Source of the DNA: Candidatus Palauibacter australiensis
GTDB taxonomy: Bacteria; Gemmatimonadota; Gemmatimonadetes; Palauibacterales; Palauibacteraceae
DNA length: 64,000 nt
Assembly (NCBI GenBank): GCA_026705295.1
Contig: JAPPBA010000146.1
Location: 10,776 to 74,775, forward strand
Direction of reading: 5' to 3'
Positions 38,129 through 45,746 of this stretch are shown piece by piece (the stretch's first letter is position 1; each line of letters begins with the position of its first letter). The position numbers were made by a program, and so were the translations under genes. Under the pieces are notes generated by a model. That model did no database searches. It had not been told where the DNA came from and saw only the letters and a list, made by a program, of their open reading frames with translations.

Positions 38129-38629
38129 GTGGGGCTGTTCGCGCTGCTCACCGCGCTCGGTGCGCATGTGGCGGTTCCGCTCGGAATCACCCCGGTGCCG
38201 ATGACGCTGCAGACCCTGTTCGTGCTGCTCGCCGGTGCCCTGCTGGGCCCGGTGGCGGGGGCAAGCTCCCAACTGCTCTACCTGGGTCTCGGCGTCGCCG
38301 GGGTTCCTGTCTTCGCGATGGGTGCGGCGGGCCTGCCCTGGATCTTCGGTCCGACCGGCGGCTACCTGATGGCCTTCCCGGTTGCTGCGGCGTTGGTGGG
38401 GTGGATCTCGGGCTCCGAGGGACGCGCCCTGCGCACCGCGATTGCGCTGGTCGTCGGCTCCTCGGTCATCTTCGTCATGGGCGTGGGCTGGCTCTCGGTC
38501 GTCACCGATCTCGGCCCCGGCGCCCTCTTCGCTGTCGGCGTGCAGCCGTTCCTGGTCGGCGCCGTCGTGAAGGCGGCCATCTGTTTCGCGGCAACCCGCC
38601 GGATCGTGGCGAGGCGTCGTCGGCGCTGA
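38129..38629 (+). CDS. bioY: biotin transporter BioY
   Basis: GTG start. VPLGITPVPMTLQTLFVLLAGALLGP and GPTGGYLMAFPVAA signature stretches. Confidence 0.85.
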   Translation: MGLFALLTALGAHVAVPLGITPVPMTLQTLFVLLAGALLGPVAGASSQLLYLGLGVAGVPVFAMGAAGLPWIFGPTGGYLMAFPVAAALVGWISGSEGRALRTAIALVVGSSVIFVMGVGWLSVVTDLGPGALFAVGVQPFLVGAVVKAAICFAATRRIVARRRRR

Positions 38630-38630
38630 T

Positions 38631-38677
38631 TCGCGTCCCGCCACCCATCGAGACAATGCGCCTGGCGGGTGACGCGA
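38631..38677 (+). terminator. GC-rich stem-loop immediately after the bioY stop (7+6 bp stem with 2-nt bulge, 19-nt loop), no U-tract
   Basis: tcgcgtc-ccgcca ... tggcgg-gt-gacgcga, read directly. Confidence 0.3.
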
Positions 38678-38814
38678 AACCGTTCAGGATTGTATTCGTA
38701 CGCCTGATTCGGTATGCCTGTTCGGCAGATTTCATGCAGGACAGCTCCTCGGTAACGGATGTCACCACGCGGCGAAGCATGAGGACCCACCACACATCGC
38801 ACGTCACGCGCGCC

Positions 38815-39489
38815 ATGCGCGTTGCACTCTTCGGTTTGCTCGCGGTCGTGCAGGCGTGTGCCAGCGCGGGGTCCGGCGGCCGTCCATCCGAGTCGCCGCC
38901 CCGCCCGGACGCGGTCCGTCCGGATGCCGCGCGCGTGGCCGAACTCGAGGCGATCTACCGGGCGCGCGCGGAAGCTGCCCTTGAGGGCGCGCACGAGGCG
39001 GACATCCGATTCATGACGCACATGATCCCGCATCACGCGCAGGCTCTGGTCATGGCAGGCTTCGCTCCGGGTGCCGGCGCGAGTCCCTCGATCCGGACGC
39101 TGTGCGGGAGGATCATCAACGCGCAGACCGATGAGATCGCCGTCATGAGCCGCTGGCTCTCGGAGCGCGGGCTGCCCGTGCCGGACACCGGCGACATGCG
39201 GGGTCACGGAGAAGGGGCCATGCTCATGGCCGGGATGCTGACCCCGGAACAACTCGCGGAACTCGAAGCCGCGCGCGGCCCCGAATTCGACCGCCTCTTC
39301 CTCCGGTACATGATCCAGCACCACAAGGGCGCCGTCACGATGGTTCGGGAGTTGTTCGCCACCGACGGCGCGGCGCAGGATGACTTCATCTTCAAACTGG
39401 CCTCCGACATCCACGTCGATCAGGCCACGGAAATCGTCCGCATGGAGCTCATGCTCGAGGCGCTCGCCGCGCCGGAGCCGGGCGGCTGA
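38815..39489 (+). CDS. DUF305 family protein, lipoprotein
   Basis: Lipobox LLAVVQAC. Duplicated MIPHHAQAL and MIQHHKGAV motifs characteristic of DUF305. Alternative ATG at 38779. Confidence 0.8.
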   Translation: MRVALFGLLAVVQACASAGSGGRPSESPPRPDAVRPDAARVAELEAIYRARAEAALEGAHEADIRFMTHMIPHHAQALVMAGFAPGAGASPSIRTLCGRIINAQTDEIAVMSRWLSERGLPVPDTGDMRGHGEGAMLMAGMLTPEQLAELEAARGPEFDRLFLRYMIQHHKGAVTMVRELFATDGAAQDDFIFKLASDIHVDQATEIVRMELMLEALAAPEPGG

Positions 39490-39492
39490 TTC

Positions 39493-41562
39493 ATGCAGTT
39501 CACTCCAATCGAAGGATCCGACATGTCCGCTGTGACGAAGGAACGCGACGACACCCGATTCACCCCGCGCCTCGCGACGCTGCTCGCCGGCGCGATCGTC
39601 CTCGGGGGGCTGACCGCCTGCTCCTCCTACCGGTCGACGTCGGCCGGCATGGCGGCCGCACCCGCCGCCCCGGCCGCTGCGCCCACGGGGCTTCAGGTCA
39701 ATCCGCCGACGCCGGACCCGCGTGTCGGGCTCGCGCCGGGCATGTTCGATGCGGGTGAGGCGATCTGGAACCTCAACCTCGTCTCCGCCACGCCGCCGCC
39801 GGACCCGTTCGTGGGCGCGACGAACTCCGACCTCGCCTTCTCCGGTCGCTACGCGATCCAGGGGAACTACGACGGCATCCAGATCTGGGACATCTCCGAT
39901 CCCGCCAATCCGCAGACGGTCGTGACCTACGTCTGCCCCGCCTCGCAGAGCGATGTCTCGGTGTACGAGAACCTGCTCTTCGTCTCGGGTGAGGGGTTCG
40001 GTGGGCGACTGGACTGCGGTGACCAGGGCGTCGAGGAAGCCGTGAGCCACGACCGGCTGCGCGGCATCCGCATCTTCGACATCTCCGACATTACGGCGCC
40101 GGAATACGTCGCGAACGTCCAGACCTGCCGCGGCTCGCACACGCACACGCTGCTCGAGCATCCCGGAGATAACGAGAACGTCTACGTCTACGTGTCCGGC
40201 TCCGCCCCGGTGCGTCCGGCGGAGGAACTCGCCGGCTGTTCCGGCGCGCCCCCGGCCGACGACCCGAACACCGCCCTCTTCCGCATCGAAGTCATCCGCG
40301 TGCCGCTGGCGGATCCGGCGAGCGCGGAGATCGTGAGTTCGCCGCGCATCTTCGAGGACCTGATCGCGCCTCCACGACACGGTCCGGCCCCCGACGACAT
40401 CGCGGCGCTCGAGGCGGCCCGGGAGCGCGGCGCCTTCATCATCGAGGTGATGGGGGAGGAGATGGTGCTGCCTGAACCGGCCGCCCAGGGAATGCTCGGG
40501 CAGATCGTGGCCCAGCGTGGAGGCGAGGGCCCGCCCACCGCGGCCGACAGTGCGGCGCTGCGGGAGGCGCTGCCCATGATCGTCGCGCAGATGATGGGGC
40601 AGCAGGGAGAAGGGGACGGCCCTGAACCCGGCCCCACGCAGTGCCACGACATCACGGTGTATCCGGCCATCGGTCTGGCCGGCGGGGCGTGCGAGGGGTA
40701 CGGCATGCTCCTCGACATCAGCGACCCGGAGAACCCGAGACGGCTCTCCGCCGTGTCGGACTCCAACTTCTCCTACTGGCACTCCGCCACGTTCAACAAC
40801 GACGGGACCGCCATCCTGTTCACGGACGAGTGGGGCGGCGGCGGCCAGCCGAAGTGCCGGGCCTCCGACCCGATGGAGTGGGGCGCGAACGCGATCTTCA
40901 CCATCGAAGGCACGGAGATGGAGTTCCAGAGCTACTTCAAGCTCCCCGCTCCGCAGACGCCCGAGGAGAACTGCGTGGCCCACAACGGATCGCTGATCCC
41001 GATCCCGGGACGCGACATCATGATCCAGGGCTGGTACCAGGGCGGGATCTCGCTCATCGACTGGACCGATCCGACCAACCCGGTCGAGATCGCCTACTTC
41101 GACCGGGGCCCGATCGACGGCAACGTGATGGAGATGGGCGGCAGCTGGTCCGTCTATTGGTACAACGGCGTCATCGTCAACTCCGAGATCAAGCGAGGGC
41201 TCGACATCCTCGAGCTGGCGCCGAGCGAGGCGCTCACGCAGAACGAGATCGACGCCGGGAACTCCGTGCAGTTGACGCACCTGAACTCCCAGGGTCAGCC
41301 GATCTTCGAGTGGCCCGCGACGTTCGCGCTGGCCAGGGCCTACCTGGACCAGTTGGAGCGGCACGGGGGTCTCGCCGCCGCGAGGATCGACCGTCTCCGG
41401 AGCGGACTGGCCGAGGCCGAGGAGATGACGGGATCGGCCCGCGCCGACGCGCTCCGGTCGCTGGCCGACGCCCTATCCCGTGGCGCCGCCCGGGCAGGAG
41501 ACGCCGGGAAGGTCCGCATGCTGGCCGATGCCGTCCGGTCCCTCGCGGGAGCGGGGATGTAG
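39493..41562 (+). CDS. LVIVD-repeat beta-propeller lipoprotein
   Basis: Lipobox LGGLTAC. Repeated IQIWDISDPANP, IRIFDISDITAP, MLLDISDPENP and ISLIDWTDPTNP units. Starts 4 nt after the DUF305 stop. Confidence 0.75.
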   Translation: MQFTPIEGSDMSAVTKERDDTRFTPRLATLLAGAIVLGGLTACSSYRSTSAGMAAAPAAPAAAPTGLQVNPPTPDPRVGLAPGMFDAGEAIWNLNLVSATPPPDPFVGATNSDLAFSGRYAIQGNYDGIQIWDISDPANPQTVVTYVCPASQSDVSVYENLLFVSGEGFGGRLDCGDQGVEEAVSHDRLRGIRIFDISDITAPEYVANVQTCRGSHTHTLLEHPGDNENVYVYVSGSAPVRPAEELAGCSGAPPADDPNTALFRIEVIRVPLADPASAEIVSSPRIFEDLIAPPRHGPAPDDIAALEAARERGAFIIEVMGEEMVLPEPAAQGMLGQIVAQRGGEGPPTAADSAALREALPMIVAQMMGQQGEGDGPEPGPTQCHDITVYPAIGLAGGACEGYGMLLDISDPENPRRLSAVSDSNFSYWHSATFNNDGTAILFTDEWGGGGQPKCRASDPMEWGANAIFTIEGTEMEFQSYFKLPAPQTPEENCVAHNGSLIPIPGRDIMIQGWYQGGISLIDWTDPTNPVEIAYFDRGPIDGNVMEMGGSWSVYWYNGVIVNSEIKRGLDILELAPSEALTQNEIDAGNSVQLTHLNSQGQPIFEWPATFALARAYLDQLERHGGLAAARIDRLRSGLAEAEEMTGSARADALRSLADALSRGAARAGDAGKVRMLADAVRSLAGAGM

Positions 41563-41595
41563 GGACTCCGGGGTCGTCCGCAGCCCGTCCCGGGG

Positions 41596-41958
41596 ATGCC
41601 CACGCTGATCGAAGCCCCGGCCGTCATTGAGGCGGCCGGGAACCAATCCAAGCGGATCGAGGAGTACGCCGGCCGCGTCCGGACGGGACACGACCGCGTC
41701 AGCGCGGCGCGCATGGTCGCGCCGGCCGGCTGGGTCGAACCCGGTCAGCGCCCCGAGTTCGAGGAGATCACCGTCGTGCTGAGGGGATCACTGCGCGTAG
41801 AGCACGAGGACGGCGTCATCGACGTGAATGCCGGCCAGGCCGTCGTCACCCACCCCGGCGAATGGGTCCGCTACAGCACACCGGGCCCCGAGGGAGCCGA
41901 GTACATCGCCGTCTGCCTCCCCGCCTTCTCCCCCGACACCGTCCACCGCGACCCTTAG
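41596..41958 (+). CDS. cupin domain protein
   Basis: 120 aa. Motif G..EP......EEITVVLRGSLRVE..DG...V.AG.AV, typical of a small single-domain cupin. Confidence 0.7.
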   Translation: MPTLIEAPAVIEAAGNQSKRIEEYAGRVRTGHDRVSAARMVAPAGWVEPGQRPEFEEITVVLRGSLRVEHEDGVIDVNAGQAVVTHPGEWVRYSTPGPEGAEYIAVCLPAFSPDTVHRDP

Positions 41959-41976
41959 ACTGAGAGCCGGCGTTTT

Positions 41977-42297
41977 CTATTCCGGATCGGCGATGCCGGA
42001 CAACTCGACGGGCGGTCGGTCGGGGAAGCTCGCGACCAGCGCGAGCGTGCCTCCCATGGCCTCGACGGTTCTGCGCAGAGTCGAGAGGAGGAGGTCGCTA
42101 CGCTGTTCCATGCGCGATATGCCTTCCTGGCCGATACCGAGTTCGCGCGCCAAACTGACCTGAGTGAGCCGCCGGGCCTCGCGCAGCTCGCGCAGCGTCA
42201 TCTCCTCCGCGATGAGTTCAGCGGCGCGCGCCTCCACCCGTTGCCGCCGCTGCGTATCGAGTCCCTCGATGACGTCGTTCACGTTCAATGCCATCAT
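41977..42297 (-). CDS. XRE-family HTH antitoxin
   Basis: LRELREARRLTQVSLARELGIGQEGISRMEQRSDLLLSTLRRTVEAMGGTLALVASFPD. The ATG (42297) overlaps the toxin stop (ATGA). The upstream part of track ORF 41977..42459 is out of context. Confidence 0.85.
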   Translation of the reverse strand: MMALNVNDVIEGLDTQRRQRVEARAAELIAEEMTLRELREARRLTQVSLARELGIGQEGISRMEQRSDLLLSTLRRTVEAMGGTLALVASFPDRPPVELSGIADPE

Positions 42298-42683
42298 GAT
42301 CCTCCTTCCATCGCGAGCCGCGCCAAGTGCCGCTCGAAGCGCTGATCCGCCTTGCGGATGAGCGCCCGGTAAAACGCCTTGGAACTGCCGCCCGCCTTGT
42401 CGGCGGCAACGAGTAGGACCGCCGTGCGCTTGGGATCGAAGGCGAACGCGACCCGCCACTGCCCGTCAGCCGCGCTGAATCTCAACTCCTTCATATTCGC
42501 GTAGCGTGACCCGTTGAGCGTGTCCACCCGTGGCCGTCCCAAGTGCGGGCCGAAGTGTTGCAATAGGCGGGACACGGCCAGGATTGCGTCCTGCACCTCC
42601 ACCTGCAGCGCTCGGAACTCCGGCGCGAATTCATCGGCGATTTCGACCGTCCAGTCCACCAAGCAACATGTCATCCACGACAT
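42294..42683 (-). CDS. RelE/ParE-superfamily toxin, Gp49/HigB-like (DUF891-type)
   Basis: WTVEIADEFAPEF..VQDAILA..LL..FGPHLGRPRVDTLNGSRYANMKELRF..WRVAFAFDPKRTAVLLVAADKAG..FY. The toxin is upstream of the antitoxin. Alternative starts at 42674 and 42659. Confidence 0.8.
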   Translation of the reverse strand: MSWMTCCLVDWTVEIADEFAPEFRALQVEVQDAILAVSRLLQHFGPHLGRPRVDTLNGSRYANMKELRFSAADGQWRVAFAFDPKRTAVLLVAADKAGGSSKAFYRALIRKADQRFERHLARLAMEGGS

Positions 42684-42709
42684 ATGTACCGCAAGTCATG
42701 GCACGCGGC

Positions 42710-43558
42710 TCACGTTCCAAGCCCCTCCCAGCGGACATTGGGTACGGACTCGAATCGTTTCGCCATCACCTCGAGGGCCTCGGGGTTGTCGTCCACGAGG
42801 ATGAAATCTCGGCCCAGTTCGTGGGCGGCCATGCCGGTTGTGCCGCTGCCGGCGAAGAAGTCGAGCACGAGGTCGCCGGGGTTCGAGGAGGCCGTGATGA
42901 TGCGGCGGAGGATGCCGAGCGGTTTCTGGGTCGGGTAGCCTGTCCGTTCGGCGCCGCTCGTGGGGACGATCGTGTGCCACCAGGTGTCGGTGGGCAGCTT
43001 GCCGCGCGCGGCCTTCTCGGGTCCCACCAGCCCCGGCGCCATGTACGGGATGCGCTCGATCTCGTCCACGTTGAAGACGTAGTTCGACAGATCCTTCACG
43101 TAGAACAGGATGTTGTCGTGCTTCGCCGGCCACCGCGTCTTCGGTCGCGCCCCGTAGTCGTACGCCCAGATGATCTCGTTCAGGAGATTCTCCGGGCCGA
43201 ACAGGTCGTCCAGGAAGAGGCGGCAGTGGTGCACTTCCCGGTAGTCGACGTGGAGGTAGAACGACCCGTGCGGAGCGAGAACGCGGTACGCCTCAACGAG
43301 CCGGGGCCCGAGGAACGCGAGGTAGTCGTCGAACTGGTCCGCGAAATGCCGACTGCCGACGACGGTCGTCTCGTAGCGCTCGCCCTGGAAGCCCGTCCGG
43401 TCGCCTTCTCCGCCCGGTGCCGGGCGTCGGGTGCGGATCCGCGTGCGCCGCTGCGTGCGGCCGGTGTTGAAGGGTGGGTCGACGTAGATGAGATCCGCCT
43501 GTCCATCAGGCAGCCCCCGGAGCACGTCGAGGTTGTCCGCAAGGATAATCCTGGGCAT
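42710..43558 (-). CDS. beta-class DNA amino-methyltransferase (N6-adenine/N4-cytosine, PF01555-type); no partner endonuclease seen
   Basis: Motif IV DLIYVDPPFN near the N-terminus, and motif I VLDFFAGSGTTGMAA near the C-terminus (beta permutation). Also TQKPLGILRRII. Start at MPRIILADN (43558; alternative 43585). Confidence 0.85.
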   Translation of the reverse strand: MPRIILADNLDVLRGLPDGQADLIYVDPPFNTGRTQRRTRIRTRRPAPGGEGDRTGFQGERYETTVVGSRHFADQFDDYLAFLGPRLVEAYRVLAPHGSFYLHVDYREVHHCRLFLDDLFGPENLLNEIIWAYDYGARPKTRWPAKHDNILFYVKDLSNYVFNVDEIERIPYMAPGLVGPEKAARGKLPTDTWWHTIVPTSGAERTGYPTQKPLGILRRIITASSNPGDLVLDFFAGSGTTGMAAHELGRDFILVDDNPEALEVMAKRFESVPNVRWEGLGT

Positions 43559-43626
43559 CGCATCTCCCGTCGCGGTGAAGCCCATTCGCGGCGGCGAGGG
43601 TCAGGGCTCCCGAAGCTAGTGTAGTG

Positions 43627-43642
43627 TCGCAGAATTCTGCGA
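43627..43642. promoter_or_regulatory. perfect 16-bp palindrome tcgcagaattctgcga upstream of the methyltransferase gene
   Basis: Read directly. It is self-complementary and centred on GAATTC. It lies 69-84 nt upstream of the MTase ATG at 43558. Confidence 0.4.
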
Positions 43643-43831
43643 GTCACCGAGAGTGCCGTGACACCGTCCCAACGCGGCGAACGAAGTGACGCCCATTGCC
43701 GGCTCGCCGTCTGGATACCACGATCAACCCCCGTTGGATCGTTCGCTCGAATTGCGGCCTGACCGCCCCTGGGCCGCGTCGCTGACAACGTTGGATACGC
43801 GCCTCGACACGGCGCCGCACCGGAGACGCCA

Positions 43832-45094
43832 ATGGAATACGATCCCACCCTCCCCTGGTACCGACGCCTCCACTGGCAGGTGCTGTCGGCCATGATTCTG
43901 GGCCTCGCCACGGGCTGGGCCTTCGGGCTGCCCGCGGCGAACGCGATCGGCTGGATCGGCGAGCTGTTCATGAAACTGCTCCGGATGATCATCGTGCCGC
44001 TCGTGCTCACGTCGATCGTGTCCGGGGTCGCCTCCGTGGGTGGGGGGAGGGCGATCGGCCGCCTGTTCAGCAAGACGATGGGCTACTACGTGCTGTCGAG
44101 CATGCTGGCAGCGCTGACCGGCCTGCTGATGGTGAACCTCATCCGACCGGGCCAGAACGCGGACATGGGCGCCGCGGCCCAACAGGAAGTGCCCGAACTC
44201 AGCACGCCGGACTCTGCGGTCGATCTCATCCTCGACATCGTGCCGAACAACTTCTTCGCCGCCGCCTCCGCGGGCGACATGCTGGCGATCATCTTCTTCT
44301 GCATCGTGTTCGGCGCGGCCATCACGGGACTGCCGGAGAAGCCCCGCGTGGTCGTCACGGACATCTTCAACGCCTTCTTCCAGGCCATGATGGCGCTCAC
44401 GTCGGGGATCATAAAGTTCCTCCCCATCGGGGTCTTCGCGCTCATCACCCGGATGGTGGGGGAGACCGGCTTCGACCGCTTCGCCGCGCTCGCGAAGTAC
44501 TTCGCGACGATCGGATCGGGGCTCACGATCCACCTCTTCATCACAATGCCGCTCCTGCTCATCGTGCTGGGCCGCATCAAGCCACTGGTCCACTTCGCGA
44601 ACCTGCGCGAGCCGCTCCTGACGGCGTTCTCGACGAGCTCGTCGGGCGCCACCCTCCCGGTCACGATCAAGACGCTGCGCGAGAAGGTCGGCGTCTCGAA
44701 CAAGGTCTCGTCGTTCGTGCTCCCGATGGGCGCGACGGTGAACATGGACGGCACGGCGATCTTCGAGTGCGCCGGCGCGCTCTTCATCGCGCAGGTGCTC
44801 GGGGTCGATCTCACAATCGGGCAGCAGGCGATCGTCGTCGTCACGGCGCTCCTCGCCTCGATCGGCGCGGCCGCGGTGCCGTCGGCCGGCGTGGTCGTGA
44901 TCTTCATCGTCCTCAACGCGATCGGCCTCGGCGACAACCCGGAGGCGATCACGATCGTGGGTGCGATGCTCGCCATCGACCGGCCGCTCGACATGTACCG
45001 CACCGCGGTCAACGTGTTCAGCGACTCGTGCGGCGCCGCGATCATCGCCCGTTCCGAAGGGGAGGAGGGCGTAGACACCGAAGTCCGCCACTGA
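43832..45094 (+). CDS. dicarboxylate/amino acid:cation symporter (DAACS, GltP/GltT-like)
   Basis: FSTSSSGATLPV motif, ...VNMDGTAI.. and AIDRPLDMYRTAVNV. About 8 TM plus hairpins. Confidence 0.9.
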   Translation: MEYDPTLPWYRRLHWQVLSAMILGLATGWAFGLPAANAIGWIGELFMKLLRMIIVPLVLTSIVSGVASVGGGRAIGRLFSKTMGYYVLSSMLAALTGLLMVNLIRPGQNADMGAAAQQEVPELSTPDSAVDLILDIVPNNFFAAASAGDMLAIIFFCIVFGAAITGLPEKPRVVVTDIFNAFFQAMMALTSGIIKFLPIGVFALITRMVGETGFDRFAALAKYFATIGSGLTIHLFITMPLLLIVLGRIKPLVHFANLREPLLTAFSTSSSGATLPVTIKTLREKVGVSNKVSSFVLPMGATVNMDGTAIFECAGALFIAQVLGVDLTIGQQAIVVVTALLASIGAAAVPSAGVVVIFIVLNAIGLGDNPEAITIVGAMLAIDRPLDMYRTAVNVFSDSCGAAIIARSEGEEGVDTEVRH

Positions 45095-45110
45095 CGGCGG
45101 TGCGGGCCTG

Positions 45111-45143
45111 ACGCGGGGGCCGGGAGAACGCCGGCCCCCGCGT
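45111..45143. terminator. perfect 13-bp GC stem / 7-nt loop hairpin between convergent stops (bidirectional terminator candidate)
   Basis: acgcgggggccgg-gagaacg-ccggcccccgcgt. It lies exactly between the stop at 45094 (+) and the stop at 45146 (-). Confidence 0.6.
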
Positions 45144-45145
45144 GA

Positions 45146-45589
45146 TCACCTTGGTTTCGGCCCGCTCGGAACGGTGGCCTGCGTCCCGCGCTTCGTCTGG
45201 ATGTCGATCGCGCCGCCCCGGGCGCGCGGCCCGTACAGCAGGATCGCGACGCGCCCCTTCACGACCTCCACGTGATCGATGTCCAGGGCCTCGACGTCGG
45301 AGAGGGGGAAGTCCTCCGGTTGCTCGACCCCGTCGATCACGACCAGCGGCGGGATCGAGCGACAATCCGTGCTGATCGACGTCGGTTCGGCCGCGGGCGA
45401 TTCTTCCGAAAGCTGTTCCACCGAAGTCTGTTCGGCGGGGACGGACAGCCGGGAGGGCTCTTCGACCCCGAAGTCCGGCGCGAATGGCGACTCCGCGCGG
45501 TCGCACCCGACGCTCGCCAGAACGCTCGCCATCATCAGGGCGGTAGCCGCCGGGTTCCCGCGTTCGAATCTGCTCTGACCGAAGAGCAT
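45146..45589 (-). CDS. small lipoprotein carrying an isolated TonB-receptor plug-like segment
   Basis: Lipobox VLASVGC. Acidic/Ser-rich linker. Then PLVVIDGV..LSDVEALDIDHVEVVKGRVAILLYGPRARGGAIDIQTKRG, the conserved plug core, with no barrel. Start placed at MLFGQ (45589; track 45628). Confidence 0.55.
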   Translation of the reverse strand: MLFGQSRFERGNPAATALMMASVLASVGCDRAESPFAPDFGVEEPSRLSVPAEQTSVEQLSEESPAAEPTSISTDCRSIPPLVVIDGVEQPEDFPLSDVEALDIDHVEVVKGRVAILLYGPRARGGAIDIQTKRGTQATVPSGPKPR

Positions 45590-45746
45590 GAGCGCTTCCT
45601 CCTGTGCGCCGTTCTTCCGAAGTCCCACGTGCTAAACGTCCGGTCTCCCCGCTCTGCGACAGTTCGACGGGCTCCGCAGGCCGCGATTCGGCTTGCGCGC
45701 CGCCGATCCGGGATCGAACGTGACCACCTGCAAGGAGGTTCGGCGA

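Noticed and set aside
43644-43832. 62-aa basic ORF on the minus strand just upstream of the methyltransferase. Considered as a possible controller (C) protein.
   Set aside because: It is an Arg-rich low-complexity sequence with no discernible helix-turn-helix. It overlaps the symporter start region. More likely spurious.
45555-45575. gcgttcgaatctgc resembles a tRNA T-arm/T-loop.
   Set aside because: No acceptor, D or anticodon arms can be folded around it. It lies inside a plausible coding region. I found no convincing tRNA anywhere in the window by eye.
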